Positions 29,001 through 36,456 of a stretch of DNA of 64,000 bases are shown in pieces. The notes under the pieces were generated by a model, which was given only the letters and a program-made list of their open reading frames with translations, did not search any database and had not been told where the DNA came from. The DNA is taken from contig CANAWG010000013.1 in the NCBI GenBank assembly GCA_947365245.1, positions 2,699-66,698 of the forward strand, written 5' to 3'. Source of the DNA: an uncultured Oscillibacter sp. (GTDB lineage Bacteria > Bacillota > Clostridia > Oscillospirales > Oscillospiraceae). The position numbers were made by a program, and so were the translations under genes. Numbering within the stretch: the stretch's first letter is position 1; every line of letters begins with the position of its first letter.

Positions 29001-29601
29001 GGTAGGGCAGCGGTGTAAAGCTGAAGAGGGTGAGTCCCTGGGCAATCCAGCGGTCCACGCCCGCCTTGATGGCCTTTCGGGCATAGCTGAGGCGGCTTTT
29101 CACCGTGTTCTCCGGAGTGTCCAGTGCCTCGGCGATGTCTTTCACCGGCAGCTCGTCATAGTAATACATCAGGACGCACAGCCTTTGGGCCGGGGGGAGC
29201 TCGTCCACCAGCTCCCGGATCATCCGGCGGGTCTCCTCGGTATCGAGGATCTTTTCCGGAATCCGCTGGTCGTCCAGATCCTCAGAGAAGAGCTCCTCGG
29301 CGCTCTCGCTTGCGGCGATCTCCCGGTGCTCCCTGGTATAGACCTTCATGCAGGTCCGGGCAGTGATCCGGTTGAGCCAGGAATAGAAAGCGGCGGGGCT
29401 CTTCAGGTCGTCCAGGCCCTGGAGGACCGCCATCAGGACCTCCTGCGCGGCGTCCTGGGCGTCGCTCTCATTCCGCAGAATCTTGACACAGTGATAGTAG
29501 ACCCCGTCCTGGATCTCCTGAATCAGCGTCTCCATGGCCTGACGGTCGCCCGCTTGGTATTGGGCGGCCAGCTCCCCGGCCCGGTTTGCTTGCAGTGCCA
29601 T
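26050..29601 (-). CDS. ECF sigma factor fused via a TM helix and a Pro/Glu/Asp-rich linker to a large extracytoplasmic Ig-like (Big_2-like) repeat region
   Basis: 1183 aa. N-terminal about 190 aa carry sigma-70 regions 2 and 4 (DAQDAAQEVLMAVLQGL; LPPAQRLCVLMYYYDELPVKDIAEALDTPENTVKSRLSYARKAI). TM helix ALLALTGLLLAGGVGSLLL. Then at least four modules carrying SSDP-x-VA-x-I/V...G-x-F-x-x-L-x-AG-x-x-x-LTA motifs. Confidence 0.85.
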   Translation of the reverse strand: MALQANRAGELAAQYQAGDRQAMETLIQEIQDGVYYHCVKILRNESDAQDAAQEVLMAVLQGLDDLKSPAAFYSWLNRITARTCMKVYTREHREIAASESAEELFSEDLDDQRIPEKILDTEETRRMIRELVDELPPAQRLCVLMYYYDELPVKDIAEALDTPENTVKSRLSYARKAIKAGVDRWIAQGLTLFSFTPLPYLRYFLQKESEDSHLPPAIALRIREALLAAGAAGTAAAGSGALTGTAAGGAAAGSLAHKGALLALTGLLLAGGVGSLLLHPAQQPDDVREPDMPRLIETVPAPTEPEASAEPEALEHPSEADPPPGAPAPQPEELAWIPVLPPAEETPEEAGGESAPPPEESPEPEPEPEPVFRPDSSSDPDPDSDSDYDPEPIPPDPISPTLDLYQPNYAFGHYLGQNEAGVHEFNVSIPANRETCPYPLEDGHYYVRTEISDESRVGIYAQSYIYGIAPGKSEVRYYVSRNPDGPFTLAVIAHVTVEPQESVTPDYEWGVYERTLAGIAYFNHTLVKGGTEDTRPLRPGSFYVKAESSAPDTVEVYGGARLRAVKAGAATVRYYTRWTENDPWVEAVSAQVTVLEEAPPEAEVAERQTLCVDYGSNLNFFEMWQGELPRALRFTSSKPSVVYIQPESGSFSALAPGTAELTAFEPLKPEILYILEVQVDDAFAWEYTVEDMVLSVGERQEQEVEYTVQTSNTARLSSVSINSADRNIADVYRNPNDMPEEAIRFEILGRSQGTVEVTGKIAFEVLTYDGYKRMETAFSFQVQVNEPPEDDIPTVRKELEQFGIRSGYGYTGFFSSRWDEELPEDLTYASSDPAVAYINEWGMFSTLSAGTVELTATRTEEPACRYALTLHVEDRFDCAWTEKEVIANLEFSNSAQTPNCELPANTRLTDVQWTSSDPDILTVAIGSPGVCSFKVHRAGKAALNGVATFQVNTAAGIRLMQDTFSLPVTVEYYMETEAVEAGQFGFCSGYGYTGFFQDYFPDLPEGLTFDSSDSNVATIHRDGRFTTLKAGRVLLTAYTEFSPSGHQYAVWLDVQDAMDWTCSLEGADLDAGGSALCGVRNLRLNDGVQVTSSYWYAADSSIVSAAKDADDPLLCRVEAKQPGATTVNGWLFLKVPSYLYGNVSTTSLSVTVSFPVTVRGPAEADPDTTPGILSSNGGLGKTA

Positions 29602-30213
29602 CGTTGTCAGCTCCTTATGTCGTCAAATAGTTGAAAAGGGGAGAGGCGCTCTACAGGCGGGCTCTGTCCGCCGTCATGCAGAGCACGCCCTGTCTGACGA
29701 TAAAACCCACATCGTTTCATGGTTAAGCCGTCCTTAGAATATCACGCCTGTCTGAAAAACACAATCACCTCTCCCGTCCCCGCGCCGGGGCGCGGGATGT
29801 CCGCCACCTCTATTCTCTCATGGAAATTCCTCCCCCTGGTTCCTGCTGGTAAAATGGAGAATGCGGTTACCCGCATTCATATAAGTGCGCGCAGATTTAC
29901 CGCAGGTTTTATTTTTTTTCAAAATTTTAGAAATTTTTTTCAGAGCCGGGAAATTCGACAGAACTTTCCAAATTTTTTCAAAAATTTTCCCCGGAGATAA
30001 AACCGGACGGCTCCCTGTCCGCACTTATACTCGCGAGGCGTTGGGCCGCGGCGAAAGGGTCCAGCGGCTGGAAAGAGAACGCCAAAGAGGAAGGTGCGGC
30101 CGATGGGCGGCGAGTGGTTCCCAATTTTCAGCGGTATCTGCAAAAGGGGAACGGGATGAAATGGCTTATTTTATGGCGCTGTCCATGAATCTATCGACTG
30201 AGGAGTGATCCAC

Positions 30214-31341
30214 ATGAAAGAAACCGTACGCGGATTTTTTACGGGACGGGAGGGGACGTCCCGCGTATGGCCGGTACTCTTGATGATCTGCGCGGTGTTG
30301 GTAACGGTTGGTTACAGCGCGAAAGCGGGAAACGCGGAGGAAACGCCGTCCCCGGAGCCGAATCCCATAGAGGAGGCGGAACCGCCCGCATCCCCTGAGA
30401 TGGAGGAACCCGCGGAGGAACCCCTCCCCCCGGAGGAGGCCCAAACGCCGGAGGACGCCGGGGAGGAGACGCCCGACGCGGAAGAAACGCCCGCTCCAGA
30501 GGAAACGCCAAGTACGGAGGAAGCGCCCAAGGCGGGGGAGGCGCCCCCGGGAAATTCCGCAGGCACAAAAGCCCTTTCCGCCTCTTTCACGCAGGAGGGA
30601 CTGGACGAGCTGGTACAGCAAGCCATTGACAACATCATTACCCCGGGCATGACACGGCTGGAGCAGGCCAAGGCGGTGTGGAAATTTGCCAAGAACGGCA
30701 TCAGCTATACGGGAAAATCCGACAAGTCCGACTGGCGGAGCGGCGCCTATGAGGGGCTGAGAACCCGGCGGGGCGACTGCTTTACATACTATGCCGTCTC
30801 CCGGGCCCTGCTGACCGCCCTGGGCATTGACAATCTGGAGGTCCAGCGGGTGGGCGGCCCCACGTCCCACTATTGGAATCTGGTCAACTGCGGGGACGGC
30901 TGGTATCACTTCGACGCGACCCCCCGCAGCAGCAAGATGCCCTATTTCGTCAGCTTCATGTTCACGGACCAGGAGGCGGCGGATTATACCGCCCGGGCCG
31001 GGCGGAACTACTACAACTTCGACGGCTCCCTCTACCCGGAGCGGGCGGGCGGCGCGAAAGAGGAGCCGGCAAAGCCGGCCGATCCGGCGCCCGAGACCCC
31101 GCCTGTGGAGGATCCGGCGCCCGAGGCCCCGCCCGCGGAGGATCCGGTGCCCGAGGCCCCGCCCGCGGAGGATCCGGTGCCCGAGGCCCCGCCCGCGGAG
31201 GAGCCGGACCCCGAGGCTCCGCCCGCGGAGGAGCCGGACCCCGAGGCTCCGCCCGCGGAGGAGCCGGCGCCCGAGACCCCGCCCGCGGAGGAGCCTCCCG
31301 TTGACGTTGTGGAGCTTCCCCCCGCCGCGGAGGCAGAATAA
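30214..31341 (+). CDS. Transglutaminase-like (cysteine protease fold) membrane-anchored protein with Pro/Glu-rich regions at both ends
   Basis: Core [11 protein letters not shown]...HYWNLV...GWYHFDATP (Cys-His-Asp triad layout). ATG at 30214 follows GAGGAG. Confidence 0.75.
   Translation: MKETVRGFFTGREGTSRVWPVLLMICAVLVTVGYSAKAGNAEETPSPEPNPIEEAEPPASPEMEEPAEEPLPPEEAQTPEDAGEETPDAEETPAPEETPSTEEAPKAGEAPPGNSAGTKALSASFTQEGLDELVQQAIDNIITPGMTRLEQAKAVWKFAKNGISYTGKSDKSDWRSGAYEGLRTRRGDCFTYYAVSRALLTALGIDNLEVQRVGGPTSHYWNLVNCGDGWYHFDATPRSSKMPYFVSFMFTDQEAADYTARAGRNYYNFDGSLYPERAGGAKEEPAKPADPAPETPPVEDPAPEAPPAEDPVPEAPPAEDPVPEAPPAEEPDPEAPPAEEPDPEAPPAEEPAPETPPAEEPPVDVVELPPAAEAE
31081..31290 (+). repeat. Seven tandem 30-nt repeats encoding (D/E)P(A/V/D)PE(A/T)PP(A/V)E
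   Basis: Units start at 31081, 31111, 31141, 31171, 31201, 31231 and 31261. Neighbouring units are identical or differ by 1-3 nt. Confidence 0.95.
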
Positions 31342-31373
31342 AAGCCCGTGCAGATGAAAGGAATGTCTGATCT

Positions 31374-31934
31374 ATGAAACGTGCATTGATTTCCGTGCTG
31401 CTTCCGGCACTGCTTTTTACCCTGACAGCCTGCGGCGGCGGGGAAAAGCCGGTCCCCCAGTCCCCGGACGCCGCCGCGCCCACAGAGAACTCCGATGCCC
31501 CCGCCGCTCCCGCGCCGGAGGCCGGCAGCAAATATGTCCCCACCTACCGGGACTGCCCGCTGCCCATGAATGCGGAGTTCGCGCCCCTGCTGGACTTTTT
31601 GGGGGAGCCGGACAGCTATTTCGAAGCGGCCAGCTGCGCCTTTGACGGGCTGGACAAGACCTACACCTACGCCGGCGTGGAGATCATTACCTACCCCGAC
31701 GGGGAGCGGGACTATATCTCCAGCGTCCGTATTCTGGACGGCGGCGTCTCCACGCCGGAGGGAATCACCATCGGCTCCACCCCGGAAGACGTGGCCGCCG
31801 CATACGGTGAGGATTTCGAGGACCTGGGAACGCAGTATGTCTATGAGGACGGAGACGCCCGGCTCAGCATTCTGTTTGAGGACGGCGCGGCCATCTCCGT
31901 GGAGTATACGGCCCTCAACGACCTGCTGGGGTGA
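31374..31934 (+). CDS. Hypothetical lipoprotein
   Basis: Lipobox FTLTACGG; 186 aa. Confidence 0.6.
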   Translation: MKRALISVLLPALLFTLTACGGGEKPVPQSPDAAAPTENSDAPAAPAPEAGSKYVPTYRDCPLPMNAEFAPLLDFLGEPDSYFEAASCAFDGLDKTYTYAGVEIITYPDGERDYISSVRILDGGVSTPEGITIGSTPEDVAAAYGEDFEDLGTQYVYEDGDARLSILFEDGAAISVEYTALNDLLG

Positions 31935-31943
31935 GGAGGGTGT

Positions 31944-33479
31944 ATGCACCATAACATTCTCAACGATCTGAACCGAACCGCGGGGGAAAAGCCGGATAAG
32001 CTGGCCTTTTCCGACGGCGTAACCGGCCTGACCTTTCGGGAGCTCCACCGTGCGAGCCGCGGCGTGGGAACCTTTCTGCACCGGCGCGGAATCTACCGCC
32101 AGCCCGTGGTGATCTTTATGGAGAAGTCCCCCCAGGAGGTGGCCGCGTTTTTCGGCACGGTCGCCGGCGGGTGCTTCTATGTGCCCATCGACGCGGAGAT
32201 GCCCGCCGGACGGATCCAGATGATCCTGGACAACGTGAAATCCCCGCTGGTGATCTGCGACGCCCACACCCTGGAGACCGCAGAGGGCTTTCGGCTGGAC
32301 GGCGCGCAGACGGTCCTCTACGGCGACATCGCCCAAACGGAGCCGGATGACGCCGCCCTGTTGGAGATCTATGAAAGGGCCATCGACACAGATCCCATCT
32401 ATATCGTCTTTACCTCCGGCTCCACGGGGGTCCCCAAGGGCGTGGCGGCCTGCCACCGCTCGGTGCTGGACTATGTGGAGCAGCTGTCTGAGACCCTGGG
32501 CTTCAATGAAGACACGGTGTTCGGCAGTCAGACGCCTCTGTACTTTGACGCCTGCCTGAAGGAGGTCTATTCCACCATTCGGTACGGCGCGACCACATAT
32601 CTGATCCCCAAGAGCCTGTTCTCCATCCCAGTGGCGCTGGTGGAGTATCTCAACGAGCATCGGATCAATACCATCTGCTGGGTGGTGTCCGCGCTGACCA
32701 TGATCAGCGCGTTCGGAACATTCGACGTGGTGAAGCCAAAGTATCTGAAGACCGTCGCCTTCGGCAGCGAGGTCTTTCCCGCCAGGCAGCTGGCGCTGTG
32801 GCGGAAAGCGCTGCCGGACGCGTCCTTTACCAATCTCTACGGACCCACCGAGGGAACCGGCATGTGCTGCTGCTACCATGTGGACCGGGCGTTTCAGGAG
32901 GGCGAGTCCATCCCCATTGGAAAGCCTTTCCCCAACCGGGAGATCCTGCTGCTGACAGAGGACGGCCGTCCGGCGGGCAAAGGGGAGGAGGGGGAGATCT
33001 GCATCCGCGGAACCTCCCTGACGCTGGGATACTACAACGATCCGGAGCGCACGGCCGCCGCCTTTGTCCAGAATCCGCTCCAGAGCGCTTTCCCGGAGCT
33101 GATCTATCGGACCGGCGACATCGGAAAATACAACGAGGCGGGGGAGCTGCTGTTCGTCTCCCGGCGGGACGATCAGATCAAGCACATGGGCCACCGTGTG
33201 GAGCTGGGGGAGGTGGAGGTCAACGTATCCATGCTGCCCGGCGTGCGGATGGCGGCCTGCGTTTACGATGAAAACCGCGGAAAAATCGTTTTGTACTACG
33301 TGGGCGATCTGGCGGAGGCGGAGCTGATGACGGCGCTGAAGCGGAAGCTGCCCCGGTATATGCTGCCCAACCGGGTGAACCGGCTGGAGCGGCTGCCGCA
33401 GACGGCAAACGGAAAGATCGACCGCGCGGGCCTGAAGGACCGGTATCTGGCGTCCGCGCACAAGAGCAAAGACAGATAA
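31944..33479 (+). CDS. Stand-alone adenylation enzyme (DltA-like amino acid/carboxylate--carrier protein ligase)
   Basis: AMP-binding motifs YIVFTSGSTGVPKG, YGPTEGT, YRTGD, C-terminal GKIDR. GAGGAGG RBS. Confidence 0.85.
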   Translation: MHHNILNDLNRTAGEKPDKLAFSDGVTGLTFRELHRASRGVGTFLHRRGIYRQPVVIFMEKSPQEVAAFFGTVAGGCFYVPIDAEMPAGRIQMILDNVKSPLVICDAHTLETAEGFRLDGAQTVLYGDIAQTEPDDAALLEIYERAIDTDPIYIVFTSGSTGVPKGVAACHRSVLDYVEQLSETLGFNEDTVFGSQTPLYFDACLKEVYSTIRYGATTYLIPKSLFSIPVALVEYLNEHRINTICWVVSALTMISAFGTFDVVKPKYLKTVAFGSEVFPARQLALWRKALPDASFTNLYGPTEGTGMCCCYHVDRAFQEGESIPIGKPFPNREILLLTEDGRPAGKGEEGEICIRGTSLTLGYYNDPERTAAAFVQNPLQSAFPELIYRTGDIGKYNEAGELLFVSRRDDQIKHMGHRVELGEVEVNVSMLPGVRMAACVYDENRGKIVLYYVGDLAEAELMTALKRKLPRYMLPNRVNRLERLPQTANGKIDRAGLKDRYLASAHKSKDR

Positions 33480-33495
33480 ATGGAGGAGACATATC

Positions 33496-33726
33496 ATGGA
33501 AGAACTGCTGAATATCCTGCGGGAGATGCACCCGGACGTGGATTTTGAGAAAGAGGAGCACCTGATCGACAGCGCGGTCCTGGACTCCATGGACATCGTC
33601 ACCCTCATCACCGAGATCGGGGAGGAGTTCGACGTGACCATCACCGCCGCGGACATCGTGCCAGACAACTTCAACTCCGCCAAAGCGCTGTATGCGCTCA
33701 TCCAGAGGCTGGAAGACGAGACGTAA
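33496..33726 (+). CDS. Acyl/D-alanyl carrier protein (DltC-like)
   Basis: 76 aa with phosphopantetheine-site motif LDSMDIVTL. Confidence 0.8.
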   Translation: MEELLNILREMHPDVDFEKEEHLIDSAVLDSMDIVTLITEIGEEFDVTITAADIVPDNFNSAKALYALIQRLEDET

Positions 33727-33732
33727 CCGTTT

Positions 33733-35322
33733 ATGCTCTTTACATCATACAGATTTCTGGGGTTTCTGGCGGCGCTGCTTCTGCTCTACTACATCCTGCC
33801 GAAGCGCTTCCAGTGGATTTTGCTGCTGGCCGGCAGCTATGTGTTCTATTTTGCGGCCGGGCCGTCTTTTCTGCTCTACATTCTGGCCGCCACCGTCACA
33901 ACGTGGTTTGCCGCACGCCGGATCGGGGACAACCTGACCCGGCAGCGTGCGTATTTGAAGGAGCACGCGGAGCAGATGGACCGCGGCGCGAAAAAGGCGT
34001 ACAAAAAGGGGGAGGAGCGGATCCGCCGGAGGTGGCTGGCCGCCTGCCTGCTGTTGAATCTGGGCGTCTTGGCGGTGGTCAAGTATACCAACTTTGTGAT
34101 CTCCAACATCAACGGCGTTCTCTCTCTGTTCGGCGGAACAGGGCTGTCCCCGGTGAGCCTGGTCCTGCCGCTGGGCATCTCTTTCTATACGTTTCAGGCG
34201 GTGGGCTATCTGATCGACGTTTACCGGGGGACGGTGCCGGCAGAGCGGAACCTCCCCCGTTTTGCCTTGTTCATTTCCTTTTTCCCTCAGCTGATCCAGG
34301 GGCCCATCAGCCGCTGGGGCGACCTGTCCCGGACGCTGTATCAGGAGCACGAGTTTGACGGGAGGCAGGTCGCTTTCGGCCTCCAGCGGATGCTGTGGGG
34401 GTACTTCAAGAAAATGGTGGTGGCCGACCGGGTGCTGGCCGCCGTCATGACCATCGTGGGCGGGCCGGAGGTGTACCGGGGCGCGTACATTCTGGCGGGG
34501 ATGGTGTTCTACACCCTCCAGCTCTACGCGGACTTTACCGGCGGCATCGACATCACCATCGGCGTCGCGGAGGCGCTGGGGATCCAGGTGCAGGAGAACT
34601 TTATCCGGCCCTATTTTTCCAAATCCCTGAAAGAGTACTGGCGGCGCTGGCATGTCTCCATGAGCAGCTGGTTCCGGGATTACCTGTTCTATCCGGTCTC
34701 CACCTCCAGGTGGATGCAGAGGTTTACCCGCTTTGTCAAGGCCCGTCTGGGGGAAAAGCCGGGCAGGCGGCTGCCGGTGTACCTGTCCACGTTTGTGGTC
34801 TGGCTGGCCACCGGCGTGTGGCACGGGGCGAGCTGGAATTTTATCGTCTGGGGCCTTGCCAACTGGGCGGTGCTGATGGCCTCGGAGGAGCTGGAGCCGC
34901 TGTACGGAAAATTCCATCAGAGGTACGCGGTGAGGCGGAAGCTCTGGTACAGGCTGTTTCAGGTGGGGCGGCTTTTTCTGCTGGTCTGTATTCTGAACCT
35001 GTTTGACTGTTACCCTTCCCTGTCCCTGACGTTCGGAGCGTTCGCGTCCATTTTTACCGCGGGGAACTGGGAGATTCTTTGGGACGGCTCCCTGCTGGCG
35101 CTGGGGCTGTCGGCGCTGGACTACGGCATCCTCGCCTGCGGCACGGCGCTGATGCTGCTGGTGAGTCTCTCCCAGCGCGGCGGCAGCGTCCGTGAAAAAA
35201 TCGCCCGGAGACCTTACGCGGTTCGGTTCGCGGTGTGGTACGGCCTGTTTCTGATCGTGCTGCTGATGGGGATCTACGGCGTGGGCTATGACGCCAGCCA
35301 GTTTATTTACAATCAGTTTTAG
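33733..35322 (+). CDS. MBOAT family membrane O-acyltransferase (DltB/AlgI-like)
   Basis: 529-aa polytopic protein. Conserved WRRWHVSMSSWFRDYLFYP histidine motif. Confidence 0.88.
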   Translation: MLFTSYRFLGFLAALLLLYYILPKRFQWILLLAGSYVFYFAAGPSFLLYILAATVTTWFAARRIGDNLTRQRAYLKEHAEQMDRGAKKAYKKGEERIRRRWLAACLLLNLGVLAVVKYTNFVISNINGVLSLFGGTGLSPVSLVLPLGISFYTFQAVGYLIDVYRGTVPAERNLPRFALFISFFPQLIQGPISRWGDLSRTLYQEHEFDGRQVAFGLQRMLWGYFKKMVVADRVLAAVMTIVGGPEVYRGAYILAGMVFYTLQLYADFTGGIDITIGVAEALGIQVQENFIRPYFSKSLKEYWRRWHVSMSSWFRDYLFYPVSTSRWMQRFTRFVKARLGEKPGRRLPVYLSTFVVWLATGVWHGASWNFIVWGLANWAVLMASEELEPLYGKFHQRYAVRRKLWYRLFQVGRLFLLVCILNLFDCYPSLSLTFGAFASIFTAGNWEILWDGSLLALGLSALDYGILACGTALMLLVSLSQRGGSVREKIARRPYAVRFAVWYGLFLIVLLMGIYGVGYDASQFIYNQF

Positions 35323-35413
35323 GGAAGCGCTGATGAAATCAACGTGTGCAGATTTATGGCGTGGAGATGCGCATGGGGATTTTATCAGCGGTTTCCTGGG
35401 GAGGAGTGTACCC

Positions 35414-36454
35414 ATGAGACGGGCTTTGAAAATCGTTTTGTCGGCTCTGATCGTTTTGGGCAGCCTGTTCTTTCTCCAGAGGCTGCTGACTCCCAAGTAT
35501 GTGGACGGTGTGGTGGAGGGGGCTTTCGTGGCGGAATACTACCGGGACGTACCGGATCACGACGTGATCTTCGTGGGGGACTGCGAGGTGTATGAGAACT
35601 TCTCCCCCGCCGTTCTCTGGGAGGAGTACGGGATCAACAGCTACATCCGGGGCAGCGCGGAACAGTATATCTGGCAGTCCTATTATCTGCTGGAGGACAC
35701 CCTGCGCTATGAGACCCCCAAGGCCGTGGTCTTCAACATCCAGTCCCTCCAGTTCAGCGAGTCCCAGCGGGAGGCCTACAACCGCATGAGCCTGGAGGGT
35801 ATGGAGTGGTCGCCGGTGAAGGTGCGGGCGATCCTGGCCTCCATGCGGCCGGAGGAGCATTTCCTGGACTATGTGTTCCCCATCCTGCGCTACCACTCCC
35901 GCTGGAGCGAGCTGACGGGCTCGGACGTGGAGTACCTGTTCAAAACGAAGCCCGTCTCCTTCAACGGCTACTATATGCGGGTGGATGTCCGGGCAGCGGA
36001 GAACGTGCCGGAGGGAAAGCCGCTGGCGGACTACAGCTTCGGGGAAACCGCGTGGAAGTACCTGGACAGGATGGTGGAGCTGTGCGGGGAAAAGGGCATC
36101 CAGCTGATCCTCATCAAGGCGCCCAGCCTCTACCCCTACTGGTATCCCCAGTGGGAGGAGCAGGTGGAGGCGTACGCGGCGGAAAAAAATCTCCCCTATA
36201 TCAACTTCCTGGAGATTCAGGAGGAGACCGGGATCGACTACGCCGCCGATACCTATGACGGCGGCCTGCACATGAACCTCTCCGGCGCGGAGAAGCTGTC
36301 CCGGTACATGGGACGGTATCTGGCCGATGAGGCCGGCATCCCGGACCGAAGAGGCGAGACGGAGCTGGCCGGACGCTGGGCGGAGAAGCTGGCCGTGTAT
36401 GAGGCGGAGAAGCGGGCCCAGTATGAACTTTATGGTATGACGGAGGAGGACTGA
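35414..36454 (+). CDS. Membrane-anchored DltD/SGNH-like protein
   Basis: N-terminal anchor. Block-I-like VIFVGDCEVYE and block-V-like YDGGLHMN. ATG at 35414 follows GGGGAGGAG. Fold assignment is by motif position only. Confidence 0.55.
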   Translation: MRRALKIVLSALIVLGSLFFLQRLLTPKYVDGVVEGAFVAEYYRDVPDHDVIFVGDCEVYENFSPAVLWEEYGINSYIRGSAEQYIWQSYYLLEDTLRYETPKAVVFNIQSLQFSESQREAYNRMSLEGMEWSPVKVRAILASMRPEEHFLDYVFPILRYHSRWSELTGSDVEYLFKTKPVSFNGYYMRVDVRAAENVPEGKPLADYSFGETAWKYLDRMVELCGEKGIQLILIKAPSLYPYWYPQWEEQVEAYAAEKNLPYINFLEIQEETGIDYAADTYDGGLHMNLSGAEKLSRYMGRYLADEAGIPDRRGETELAGRWAEKLAVYEAEKRAQYELYGMTEED

Positions 36455-36456
36455 CC

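Noticed and set aside
29602-29720. ECF-like TGAAAC...CGTC element upstream of the sigma-fusion gene as an autoregulated promoter.
   Set aside because: The spacer is only 14 nt, too short for known ECF promoters, and there is no second copy to support it.
29841-29860. Possible third copy of the recombinase-flanking repeat (CCTGCTGGTAAAATGGAG).
   Set aside because: Only the CTGC and TAAAATG parts match and the spacing differs, so it is likely chance.
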